Assembly: GCA_032128875.1 (NCBI GenBank)
Contig: JAVLKG010000009.1
Span: 192,001 to 256,000, forward strand
Origin: Candidatus Melainabacteria bacterium 17Bon1m
GTDB lineage: Bacteria > Cyanobacteriota > Vampirovibrionia > Obscuribacterales > Obscuribacteraceae
Direction of reading: 5' to 3'
Length of the DNA: 64,000 bases
The notes under the pieces were generated by a model. That model made no database searches, had not been told where the DNA came from, and was given only the letters and a program-made list of their open reading frames with translations. Below, in pieces: positions 20,238-29,377 of the stretch (position 1 is the stretch's first letter; the number at the start of each line of letters is the position of its first letter). Made by a program: the position numbers and the translations under genes.

Positions 20238-20873
20238 TTACTTTTTGCGTTGAGCGAAGCGGGAACAGAGGAGTTTTGCGGTGGGAACGTCGATTGATGG
20301 AAGTTCTGTCACCAGCAATTTTGGAGTGAACTTGCTGATCACCGGCTGCAGTGAGCGAAGTTTTTTAATCGCATCGGGATCAGTCTTCATCAGTTCTTCC
20401 ACGATTTTGTACGCTTCCAAAAAGCGTTCATTCGCAAAGCAGTTGTCCGGGTTGCATTTGTGTTCTGGGAAAAGTTGTGGGCAGAGTTTCGCCCAGCGCA
20501 TCTGAAACCAACATGCAAGCCCCTCTTCAAACATTGATGTCCAGAGTCGAGCAGGTGTCAAAAGGTGCACGCACTCGTGTGCTAACTGCCAGACAATTTT
20601 GCTGTTGTCGTTACGTGCATCATTGGACAAACGAAAAACAATTTTCTGCTCTTCCTCGCGGTACTTCATGATCGGCACATTGGAGCTAAAGTAGATGCCG
20701 TCAAAGCTGTAAGGCGCCGGGTCAACGCGCTTGCCGAAGAGCATTTCTCCGTCTTCCAAAAGCATCTCTATGACTTGCTCTACGTTATTAGGCTCCAGTG
20801 GATTCGCAGATGCAAATCGCGGAATGAAATCTGTTGGTTCGACTTTCGGAATTTCGAAAAGTTGAAGTTGCAT
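20238..20873 (-). CDS. putative zinc metallopeptidase (HExxH..E, gluzincin/ImmA-IrrE-like)
   Basis: QLAHECVHLL followed by FEEGLA. Confidence 0.65.
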   Translation of the reverse strand: MQLQLFEIPKVEPTDFIPRFASANPLEPNNVEQVIEMLLEDGEMLFGKRVDPAPYSFDGIYFSSNVPIMKYREEEQKIVFRLSNDARNDNSKIVWQLAHECVHLLTPARLWTSMFEEGLACWFQMRWAKLCPQLFPEHKCNPDNCFANERFLEAYKIVEELMKTDPDAIKKLRSLQPVISKFTPKLLVTELPSIDVPTAKLLCSRFAQRKK

Positions 20874-20931
20874 ATTCGGATTTCCTGAATGTGGGGAGCA
20901 TGCAAGAACACCGGGCGACGCGTGGCAGCGC

Positions 20932-21552
20932 CTACGGTTTTTTAGCTAGTCTGTGCCTCTTCGGGCGTTCTGCTCGAATTGTTTCGGCGACTTTAATGGT
21001 GGTTGTAATTTTCATTGATGTGTCGATGACGTGCGACATACGCGCGTGGCAGACTGCCAAAGCCAGCGCGTCGGATGCATCATCCGGGCGAATAATCTCT
21101 TTCAAATTTAGCAAGCGAGCGACAGCTTGCTGGACGACGGGTTTTTCCGCGCGACCAAAGCCGGCGATTTGCAATTTAACTTGCATAGGGGTGTACTCGT
21201 AGGTTGGCACGTCAAAGTTGGCGCCGACCTCCAAGATGATTCCCCGTGCCTGGGCTACAGGCACGACGGTCTTAGCGTTCTTGAAAAAGAAGATTGCCTC
21301 TACCGACAAAATGTCCGGCTTGAATTGGGTCATAAGTTCCATCAAATCTGCGCGGATCATGCTCAGGCGCTTGCCCGCCGACATACTCGATGGTGTCTGA
21401 ATTGTGCCCGAAGCGATATATTCGAATTGGTCGCGGGGCGTGAATTGGACGACGCCGTAGCCTACTGTGGCGGTTCCTGGGTCAATGCCCAAGATTGTGA
21501 AAGGTCGAATGTCAGAGTCGTTGCCGGAGTAATTTAGAGATTGTTCCGTCAT
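20932..21552 (-). CDS. ruvC: Holliday junction resolvase RuvC
   Basis: ILGIDPG, VEAIFF.KN, AQARG, YTPMQVK, GRAEK, PDDASDALALA. Confidence 0.97.
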   Translation of the reverse strand: MTEQSLNYSGNDSDIRPFTILGIDPGTATVGYGVVQFTPRDQFEYIASGTIQTPSSMSAGKRLSMIRADLMELMTQFKPDILSVEAIFFFKNAKTVVPVAQARGIILEVGANFDVPTYEYTPMQVKLQIAGFGRAEKPVVQQAVARLLNLKEIIRPDDASDALALAVCHARMSHVIDTSMKITTTIKVAETIRAERPKRHRLAKKP

Positions 21553-21725
21553 GCTTTCCCCGTCGCTAGATCTGCCGCCGTCGGCAAATTTGCGTCTTTT
21601 CTAGTCCATTAACGTGCTTGCCTATATAAACAAGCTATGCGTCTGGTATATTCAACTCTTCAGTACTGGAGCCAGAATAAAAGCAATAGTAACATTGTCT
21701 CTGTCGAGATGAGAGTGCTAGGTGA

Positions 21726-23393
21726 ATGCGTGGCGAGCGGGAGTCAATTTTGATGCAAAGCGGTCCTCTAATGATGGAGGATACGAGTCTTGCGCCCAGA
21801 CCTGGTGTTCTGGAAGCGAGCGGTTTCGGTGCGAAACTGCCTCTGGCATTCCTGTTTGGCTGCATTCTAGGGCTCTCTAGCGCCGGATTCGACCAATCGT
21901 GGATCGCCTGGATTGGCGTGGTACCACTGCTGGTGATCCTGCGTTGTGTCAATGGCATGAAGGAAGCTGCGTTGGCAGGGCTTGCTTTCGGACTTGGATA
22001 TCACCTGGTTGCGACGAGCTGGTTCCTCGGACTCTTCCCCTTGCGCTGGCTTGGCGTCGAGGACTGGTTGGGCGTGCAACTCAGTGTTCTGGTATGGATT
22101 TTTGAGTCGCTGCACCAAGCGCTGCTGATGGCTGGCTTTTCACTGCTCGTTTTTTGCTTGCCGCTGCGGTCTGGTTTTATCCCGCACTATCAGCGCCCGT
22201 TTGTTCCCTACCTTTGGGGCATTCCGCTCATCTGGATTTACTGCCACTGGGTGGTGGGTACATCGGAGCTTTTCCTTTCGGTGCCTGTCGATCAGCTTGC
22301 GTACTCACAGAGCCAGCACACTGGCTTTATCCAGATTGCACGTATCGGTGGCAGTGCGCTCGTTGATTACATTCTGATTTTGTTCAACGCGGCACTTGCT
22401 GAGCTGATACTGGATTTGGTGCATCTCGGACGACGGCTCGATGGTCGTATCGACAAGTTGCGCCAGCGCGTCGGTCCTCTACTGGACCTTTCGATTGTGT
22501 CTGTGATTTTGGTCGTTTGCAACGTCTGGGGCGGTATGCAAGTGCAGCGTATTGCACAGGAAACACGACCCGAAGTCGCGCTTGCGGAAGACCCTCAGTC
22601 GCAAGCAGTGCCGATTGCTGTGGTGCAAGGCAATATTAGTATTGAAGAAGATCGTTTAAAAACAACATCAGCCAAAGCGATCAGTGATCGCTATGCGGAG
22701 CTGTCCAACAATCTTGGAACCTCCATCGTCGTGTTGCCGGAAGGCGTTGCAAACCCTGTGCAGCTGGCACCCGGCTATCTCGTGAGCCGACTCAAAGAAA
22801 TCAGTCAGCGCGAGAAGAAAGAAATTCTTGTCGGTTCTGTAGAGTCTATAAAGAGCGCTCACGTGAATGCCGCGCGTTTGATTTCACCCGCCAATCCACC
22901 AAACAACCTTTACGTAAAACGGCGTCTGGTGCCCATAGGAGAACTGGCACCATTGAAAGCTATCGAAGACACATTGCCGTCAAACATTGCGAAACGTTTG
23001 CCGTCAGAGCAAATGAGCTTTGTGGTTTCAAAAACAACTGAGCTTCCCCAAAGTCTCTGGGGACCTATGGGTGTTTCGATCTGTTCTGAAATTGTTTATC
23101 CGCGCTTGCTCGCAAGAGAAGTCCGCAAAGGCGCCACGATCTTGCTCAATTTGTCCAACCTTGCCTGGTTCCACAATTCAGCACTTAACAAGCAAGTGCT
23201 GGCTGCCGCAGTTTTTAGGGCTGTTGAAAATGGACGCTATCTGGTCTTGTCCACAAACACCGGAATCTCTGCTGTAATCGACCCCGCGGGCATCGTCACT
23301 GCTGTCTCGTATCCTGGCAAGCGCGGCGTTTTGCTCGGTACTGTACAATTCCTATACAAAAAGACCCCTTTCAGTAAAATGTGGTGGCTATGA
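21726..23393 (+). CDS. lnt: apolipoprotein N-acyltransferase
   Basis: Multi-TM N-terminus, VVQGNI, nitrilase triad LPE / YVKRRLVPIGE / ICSE, RAVENGR, NTGISAVIDP. Confidence 0.93.
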   Translation: MRGERESILMQSGPLMMEDTSLAPRPGVLEASGFGAKLPLAFLFGCILGLSSAGFDQSWIAWIGVVPLLVILRCVNGMKEAALAGLAFGLGYHLVATSWFLGLFPLRWLGVEDWLGVQLSVLVWIFESLHQALLMAGFSLLVFCLPLRSGFIPHYQRPFVPYLWGIPLIWIYCHWVVGTSELFLSVPVDQLAYSQSQHTGFIQIARIGGSALVDYILILFNAALAELILDLVHLGRRLDGRIDKLRQRVGPLLDLSIVSVILVVCNVWGGMQVQRIAQETRPEVALAEDPQSQAVPIAVVQGNISIEEDRLKTTSAKAISDRYAELSNNLGTSIVVLPEGVANPVQLAPGYLVSRLKEISQREKKEILVGSVESIKSAHVNAARLISPANPPNNLYVKRRLVPIGELAPLKAIEDTLPSNIAKRLPSEQMSFVVSKTTELPQSLWGPMGVSICSEIVYPRLLAREVRKGATILLNLSNLAWFHNSALNKQVLAAAVFRAVENGRYLVLSTNTGISAVIDPAGIVTAVSYPGKRGVLLGTVQFLYKKTPFSKMWWL

Positions 23394-23896
23394 GCCTGAA
23401 CCAAAATAGAAACAAAAACAGAGAAGCTTTCGCCAGATTGTGCGTGCTCGTCGTGATTGGCGTGGCGGCGTTGTTCTCTCAAGGCGGCGCCGGTGGTGCC
23501 GGAAGAGCAGACGCAAAAATGCCGATGGTGCGCCTCGGCAAAGACAATATTGTAAAAGTGGAAGTGGCAACGACCGAAGCCGAAATACAGCGCGGTCTGA
23601 TGTTCCGCACTTCACTCGCCCAAGACTCGGGCATGATTTTTCTTTTTCGCCCGAATCGCCCAGTGAAGTTTTGGATGTTCAACTGTCTGATTTCATTGGA
23701 CATGCTCTTCGTGAAAGACGGCAAAATCGTCAAAATCTGCGAGAACGTCCCGCCCTGCAAATCAAAAATTCCTGACGAATGCCCGACTTATCCTGATTCG
23801 CCCATCGATGTGACTGAAGTCGTCGAAGTGAGCGCAGGCTACGCAAAAGCGCATGGATTGAAGGAAGGCGATACAGTGTCGTTCGAAATTCCGTAG
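23390..23896 (+). CDS. DUF192 family protein
   Basis: VEVA..RGLMFR..GMIF..FWM.N..SLDMLF..VVEVSAG; ATGA overlap with the lnt stop. Confidence 0.9.
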   Translation: MSLNQNRNKNREAFARLCVLVVIGVAALFSQGGAGGAGRADAKMPMVRLGKDNIVKVEVATTEAEIQRGLMFRTSLAQDSGMIFLFRPNRPVKFWMFNCLISLDMLFVKDGKIVKICENVPPCKSKIPDECPTYPDSPIDVTEVVEVSAGYAKAHGLKEGDTVSFEIP

Positions 23897-23924
23897 TCGA
23901 CAAACCCAGAGAGACTGCGAACAA

Positions 23925-24698
23925 ATGTCCGAGCAGACACACGTGACACAACACATTCAAACCGAGATGAGCGGCTCAGCTGGTTTTCTCACAATCAACC
24001 GTCCCGAATCGCATAATGCGATGAGCAAAGAAATGTGGGATGGTGTGGTCCCCGCCCTGTACGAATTGCAGAACTGGGGCGCTCATGTTGTTGTGATAAG
24101 GGGCACCGGCAATGCTTTCTGCGCAGGCGCCGACTTGAACGAACTAACTCGAATTGCCGATGAAGAGTCAGCCAATGCGCAATGGTTTTCCATCAAATAC
24201 GCACTCGACGAACTGAAAGCTTTTGCACTACCCACAGTGGCAATGATAAATGGTTCTTGCATGGGCGGCGGTTGCTTACTCGCAATGGCGTGCGATTTGC
24301 GATATGCGGTTAAGACCGCGCGTTTTAGCATTCCAGTTGCAAAACTTGGCATTGTTCTCGATGACGCAAACATTTTGCGCTTGATGTCACTTGTCGGACC
24401 ATCGGTTGCCTCCGAAATGCTCTACACTGGCGTCAGTATTTCCGCTACTGAAGCCGAAATGGTCGGGTTGATAAATCGCGCCCTGGACGCTGAAGATTTG
24501 CCGCTGTACGTCAACGAAATTTGCAATGCGATTTATCAAAACGGTCGCGCCAGTATTTTTGAAACCAAATGTTCAATCGCGCGCATCTTGAGCCATGCAC
24601 ATCCTGAAGGTGCATTGGCATCTTTTGACGATCAACAGCGTGTTGTCGAAAGCTATTTGAGCGCGGACTTCCAAGAACGCATCCGCCGACGTCAATAA
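23925..24698 (+). CDS. enoyl-CoA hydratase/isomerase family protein
   Basis: LTINRPE..NAM, AFCAGADL, PTVAMING.CMGGG, ACDLR. Confidence 0.93.
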   Translation: MSEQTHVTQHIQTEMSGSAGFLTINRPESHNAMSKEMWDGVVPALYELQNWGAHVVVIRGTGNAFCAGADLNELTRIADEESANAQWFSIKYALDELKAFALPTVAMINGSCMGGGCLLAMACDLRYAVKTARFSIPVAKLGIVLDDANILRLMSLVGPSVASEMLYTGVSISATEAEMVGLINRALDAEDLPLYVNEICNAIYQNGRASIFETKCSIARILSHAHPEGALASFDDQQRVVESYLSADFQERIRRRQ

Positions 24699-24723
24699 CG
24701 TGGAGCTATCCATTGAGCAAAAT

Positions 24724-24749
24724 GTAGGGGCGATGCACATGCGTCGCCC
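24724..24749 (+). repeat. GTAG-class REP
   Basis: GTAG-GGGCGATGCACATGCGTCGCCC. Confidence 0.8.
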
Positions 24750-24824
24750 GGTTCAAGTTTATTGCCTTGTATAGCATGGCTATGGTTACGGGGAATAAAG
24801 ACATAGTCATTTCCGGTTGCGACT

Positions 24825-26102
24825 ATGTCAGAGCAGAAAAAACACGAGCCAGTTAAAGAGCAACTGCGTTTCAGCGCTGCACCTGATTCTGGTGATCAAC
24901 GCGCCGACCTCGTTGTGGCGCCGCATGAAGACGGTCAGTCGTTTGAAAATCAACTTGCCGTCGATAAGTCGAACGCAATTGAGTTGCAAGATAAGTCGCA
25001 GTCGAGAGAAGCAGAAGTGCAACCAAAGGCCTTGAAGACACTTGTCGGCACAGATTCCGACAGGCTAGCCAAGATAGTTGGCGATCCGCACGCAGCGGAA
25101 AGCCATTGGTATCCAGCCGCTGAAGCTGCTGGCGATAAAGATCTTTCCGGCGCGCCGAGCATGGCGAAGGTCATAATGTTTCGCGCAGCCGCTGTGGTTG
25201 GCGTTGTTTTCTCCTTCTTGAGTATTCTGGCTTGCTACACGAGTTCTATATATCTGAGTGCGCACTTCGGTCAATTCGCTCTGGGACTCAACAACAACCT
25301 TTTCATCAATGACCTTGTTGGGCTCGATTATGTAGGTTTTTTTGTCTCTGGCGCAGCATGTCTGATGTTTTGGTCTTCATTCTTTGGTTTCTACAAAAGG
25401 ACTTTCCGGTATCTGAGCATCGCTTTGTTCATGGGGATAATGCTCCACTCGATCAATTTCCACCTGATGATTGGCCTGCCCGGCTCTGTTGTTTTTGCGC
25501 TCGCTTACCTGCCTGTTCTCTTGTTGGTTCAATGGATTGGAGGCGCCTGTCGCGATGCGCTGCCTATGCATATTGGCAGTAAAAAGCTTGCCAATGCACT
25601 TTTGCCGGCGGTCGCTTTTCCTGCCGTAGCCATGGGTTTGAGCCTGCTCTACATCTTTAGTCCGCTGAACCCTCCGGGAAATTCTCTATACGAAGATGGC
25701 ACCGTAACCTCATTCGGAATCAATGCAGTGCTCGTCATACTCTGCAGTTTTATCCCCGGCTTTGTGCTGGCAAGATCAACAAATTCCAAGTCTCCCGTGG
25801 GGTCAGCAACGCTTGCGACGTTGCTGCAAGCGCCCTTGCTCGTCGGAATGCTTCTGACGATTGGCGCTTGCTTATTCCTGGGCTGGTTTGCTGGCACGAG
25901 TTTTGCAGCGCATCCGTCAATGGCTTTCCTCAACGGGATGGGCAGTGGCAATTGGTCTCAGTTTGGTGGACCAAAAGGGCTTGCCATTTTGGCGGGGGCG
26001 CTTTTCGCTGGTTTGTCCGCGGCGGCTGGCGGGTCTTTAGGCGCGTGGTGCAACACCCATTTCCGAGATAAAACGGACGTAAAGCCCATCGAAATGGGTT
26101 GA
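24825..26102 (+). CDS. polytopic membrane protein of unknown function
   Basis: Disordered N-terminus followed by many hydrophobic helices; no family recognised. Confidence 0.75.
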   Translation: MSEQKKHEPVKEQLRFSAAPDSGDQRADLVVAPHEDGQSFENQLAVDKSNAIELQDKSQSREAEVQPKALKTLVGTDSDRLAKIVGDPHAAESHWYPAAEAAGDKDLSGAPSMAKVIMFRAAAVVGVVFSFLSILACYTSSIYLSAHFGQFALGLNNNLFINDLVGLDYVGFFVSGAACLMFWSSFFGFYKRTFRYLSIALFMGIMLHSINFHLMIGLPGSVVFALAYLPVLLLVQWIGGACRDALPMHIGSKKLANALLPAVAFPAVAMGLSLLYIFSPLNPPGNSLYEDGTVTSFGINAVLVILCSFIPGFVLARSTNSKSPVGSATLATLLQAPLLVGMLLTIGACLFLGWFAGTSFAAHPSMAFLNGMGSGNWSQFGGPKGLAILAGALFAGLSAAAGGSLGAWCNTHFRDKTDVKPIEMG

Positions 26103-26114
26103 AACTTTGTAAGA

Positions 26115-26161
26115 GGGACGACGCCATACGTCTCCCGGGCGATGCATGGCATCGCCCCTAC
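26115..26161. repeat. GTAG-class REP doublet (one arm degenerate)
   Basis: GGGACGACGCCATACGTCTCCC then GGGCGATGCATGGCATCGCCC-CTAC. Confidence 0.75.
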
Positions 26162-26313
26162 GCCTGTTAAACGTTAAAGCTAAAACCATAGCCAGCGCTT
26201 CGATTGCGGCAGCTATGGTTTCAAAGAGTGCATTGTTGCGCGTTATAAGGCATTTTTTTGGCCAAGAACCGAATACGGTTGATGGCCAATATTGCTCAAT
26301 TAACAGGTCCGAA

Positions 26314-26532
26314 TTAGACCTGAACGACGCGTTTGATGTCAGGCATCTCCTCTTTGATGGCGCGCTCTACGCCCATCTTGAGGGTCATGGTCGAGCTGGG
26401 GCACATGCCGCATGCTCCGACCAGGTGAACAAAGACTTCTCCGTCTTTTACGTCCACCAGTTCAATGTTTCCGCCGTCCATCATCAGCATTGGACGGAGT
26501 TTGTCGAGAATTGCTTCTACTTGATCGCGCAT
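26314..26532 (-). CDS. NifU C-terminal/Nfu-type Fe-S cluster carrier
   Basis: LRPMLMMDGGNIEL, GACGMCPSSTMTLKMGVER; ATG 26532 follows GAGG. Confidence 0.95.
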   Translation of the reverse strand: MRDQVEAILDKLRPMLMMDGGNIELVDVKDGEVFVHLVGACGMCPSSTMTLKMGVERAIKEEMPDIKRVVQV

Positions 26533-26881
26533 GCTCAAACCTCAGCTCTATCAGTTTTTACACCACTCCGGATCTCTAGCTTATCAAAATGACGTAGCTG
26601 AGGCGGGTAGCCAAGTAAAAGGGTAAGGTCCAAACGGGGAAATATGGCGCTAAATCACCAAAAATAAAGATTTGTCCCGGCAATTGCTTTAAACACCATA
26701 AAACATATGGGGTTTGGAGCTTCTCCGTACTATCCTCTAACCAGCGCACCCGCCGAAAGGCTGGCGAATTGCCGACTCCACGTGACATCCCGCGTGGCAA
26801 GCCGGGAGAAACGTGAATTAGCGCGATACCGCGCAACTTAGCAAACCAACGGTACTGAACGACCATGGAGAAGAGAAACAG

Positions 26882-27904
26882 ATGGTAAGAGTAGCAATTA
26901 ACGGGTTCGGTCGTATCGGCCGCAACGCCCTCCGTGCCTATTTGCACAACGCCGGAAAAGAGTTCGAAATCGTCGCCATCAACGATCCGCTGCAGGATCT
27001 GCCTACCTCGGCACACTTGCTGAAGTATGACTCCATCCTCGGCGAACTGCCTTTCGAAGTTAACCAACTCGAAGACGGTCTCGAAGTAAACGGCAAGAAA
27101 ATCAAGTTCTACAAAGAAAAAGACCCGTCGACCTGCCCGTGGTCTGCTGAAAAAATCGACATCGTGCTCGAGTGCTCCGGTGTTTTCACTAAAGCAGAAA
27201 AGGCAAAAGGTCACATCACCGCCGGCGCCAAGAAGGTTCTTATCTCGGCACCTGCAACCGATGAAGACATCACCGTTGTTCTCGGCGTCAACGACAAAGA
27301 CTACAACCCCGAGAAGCACAACATCATCTCGAACGCCAGCTGCACCACCAACTGCTTGGCTCCAGTAGCGAAGGTTATCGACGAAGCATTCGGCATCGAA
27401 TGCGGTTTGATGACCACCATCCACAGCTACACCCTCGACCAACGCTTGCTCGACACCGGTCACTCCGACCTGCGCCGCGCCCGCGCTGCTGCCGAATCGA
27501 TGATTCCTTCGTCGACCGGCGCTGCCAAAGCAATCGGTCTCGTATTGCCGCACCTCAAGGGCAAACTGAACGGCTTCGCAATGCGCGTGCCGACTCCGAA
27601 CGTATCGGTTGTCGACCTCGTCGCCACCGTCAAGAAAGACACCACCAAAGAAGAGATCAACAAGGTGCTCAAAGAAGCAGCCGGCAAGGGTCTCAAGAAC
27701 ATCATGGGTGTCAGCGATGTTCCGCTCGTATCCATCGATTACAAGGGCAACAAACTGTCCTCAATCGTTGATGCTGACCTCACCATGGTTGCTGAAAAGC
27801 GCATGATCAAAGTCATCGCCTGGTACGACAACGAGTGGGGCTACAGCAACCGCTTGATCGAACTGGCAACAATGGTCGCCAGCAAATTGGCCGTCAAGGT
27901 CTAA
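26882..27904 (+). CDS. gap: glyceraldehyde-3-phosphate dehydrogenase, type I
   Basis: VAINGFGRIGR, ASCTTNCLAP, TGAAKA, RVPTPNVSVVDL, WYDNEWGYS. Confidence 0.99.
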   Translation: MVRVAINGFGRIGRNALRAYLHNAGKEFEIVAINDPLQDLPTSAHLLKYDSILGELPFEVNQLEDGLEVNGKKIKFYKEKDPSTCPWSAEKIDIVLECSGVFTKAEKAKGHITAGAKKVLISAPATDEDITVVLGVNDKDYNPEKHNIISNASCTTNCLAPVAKVIDEAFGIECGLMTTIHSYTLDQRLLDTGHSDLRRARAAAESMIPSSTGAAKAIGLVLPHLKGKLNGFAMRVPTPNVSVVDLVATVKKDTTKEEINKVLKEAAGKGLKNIMGVSDVPLVSIDYKGNKLSSIVDADLTMVAEKRMIKVIAWYDNEWGYSNRLIELATMVASKLAVKV

Positions 27905-27944
27905 ATTAATCGGAAACCGCCTCGGTTGGCGGTTGCAGCGTAAT

Positions 27945-27967
27945 GTAGGGGTGACGCTATTCGTCGC
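27945..27967 (+). repeat. degenerate GTAG-class REP
   Basis: GTAG-GGGTGACGCTATTCGTCGCC between gap and pgk, after the hairpin AACCGCC/GGCGGTT. Confidence 0.55.
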
Positions 27968-28064
27968 CAGTCCAAGAGACCTAATCTCAACTACGGCGCA
28001 GCAACTAAAAAACCGGGGCGGTTCCTTTATTACTATCACCACCCAACACCTTCGGGAGTCGAGT

Positions 28065-29333
28065 ATGAAACTCAGCATTGCTCAGGCGGGAGCCGATACC
28101 TTCGAAAATAAGCGCGTGCTTGTTCGTGTTGACTACAATGTTCCGCAGCACGAAGATGGCTCTGTTGCTGATGATTCTCGCATTCGCGGCAGCTTGCAGA
28201 CGATTGAATTCCTGCACAAGGCTGGCGCCAAAATAATTCTCTGTTCGCACCTCGGACGCCCGAAAGGCACGAAGAATGAGAAATACAGCCTGCGTCCGAT
28301 CTCGACGAGACTCTCTCAACTGCTCAGTGACAATGTTGGGTGCACCGCGAAGTTTGTCGGTGATTGCGTTGGTCCTGAAGTGGAAAAGGCAATCTCCGAG
28401 ATGAAACCAGGTGACGTGCTCCTTCTCGAAAACGTCCGCTTCTATGCCGAAGAGGAGAAGAATGACGACGAGTTTTCCAAGAAGCTCGCTTCTCTGGCTG
28501 ACGTTTATGTCAGCGATGCGTTTGGCGCAGTTCACCGCGCTCACGCTTCCACCGAAGGCGTCTCCAAGCACCTGAAACCGGCTCTGGCAGGTTTCCTTCT
28601 GGACAAAGAAATTAGAATGCTCACCCAGGCGCTTGATCCAACCCGCCCAGTCGCCACCATTATCGGTGGTGCGAAAGTTTCCTCCAAAATCGGTGTTTTG
28701 CAAAATCTTCTCGGTCGCGTCGACACGATTATTATCGGCGGTGCGATGGCTTTCACCTTCTTCAAAGCCCGTGGGCTGGAAGTTGGCAAGTCCTTGGTAG
28801 AAGATGATAGGCTGGACTATTGCAAACAGTTGGAGAAAGAAGCTGAGGAAGAAGGGGTAAAACTTATTTTGCCGATCGACGTTGTTGTAGCTCCGAAATT
28901 TCCTGGTGAAGGAGATGCCCTTCCGGCAGAGCCGCACGTTGTATCGATCGATGCTATCCCCTCAGACCAGATGGGTTTAGACATCGGACCGAAGACCATC
29001 GCGCTGATTCATGATGAATTGTCGAAGTGCAAGACAATTGTGTTCAACGGACCGATGGGTGTGTTTGAACACGGTTATGAAGCCGGCACTTACCGTCTCA
29101 TTGACGAGCTTGTAAAACTCACAGAGCAGGGTGTTGTCACCATTGTTGGCGGCGGCGACTCAGTTAGCGCAGTGCGTGCCCACGGCATCAACGAAAACCA
29201 GTTTACACACGTGAGCACCGGTGGCGGTGCCTCGTTGGAATTTTTGGAAGGTAAGGAATTGCCTGGCATTGCCTGCCTCGACAATGCGCCGAAGGGTGCT
29301 ACGCGCGAGTTGGATGCAGTTCGAAAAAACTAA
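28065..29333 (+). CDS. pgk: phosphoglycerate kinase
   Basis: RVLVRVDYNVP, SHLGRP, LLENVRF, DAFGAVHRAHAS, GGAKVSSKI, GGGDS, STGGGASLE; start set at ATG 28065. Confidence 0.99.
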   Translation: MKLSIAQAGADTFENKRVLVRVDYNVPQHEDGSVADDSRIRGSLQTIEFLHKAGAKIILCSHLGRPKGTKNEKYSLRPISTRLSQLLSDNVGCTAKFVGDCVGPEVEKAISEMKPGDVLLLENVRFYAEEEKNDDEFSKKLASLADVYVSDAFGAVHRAHASTEGVSKHLKPALAGFLLDKEIRMLTQALDPTRPVATIIGGAKVSSKIGVLQNLLGRVDTIIIGGAMAFTFFKARGLEVGKSLVEDDRLDYCKQLEKEAEEEGVKLILPIDVVVAPKFPGEGDALPAEPHVVSIDAIPSDQMGLDIGPKTIALIHDELSKCKTIVFNGPMGVFEHGYEAGTYRLIDELVKLTEQGVVTIVGGGDSVSAVRAHGINENQFTHVSTGGGASLEFLEGKELPGIACLDNAPKGATRELDAVRKN

Positions 29334-29377
29334 CCGACCAACCAAATCAATAGCAAGTCACTAGCAAGGAACTAGCG

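Noticed and set aside
21695-21721. CIRCE-like site upstream of lnt
   Set aside because: Only the right half (GAGTGCTAG) matches; the left half matches 5 of 9, and lnt is not a heat-shock gene.
26576-28937. Long antisense ORFs over gap (26576-27553) and pgk (28005-28937)
   Set aside because: Same shadow effect; the sense genes are unambiguous.
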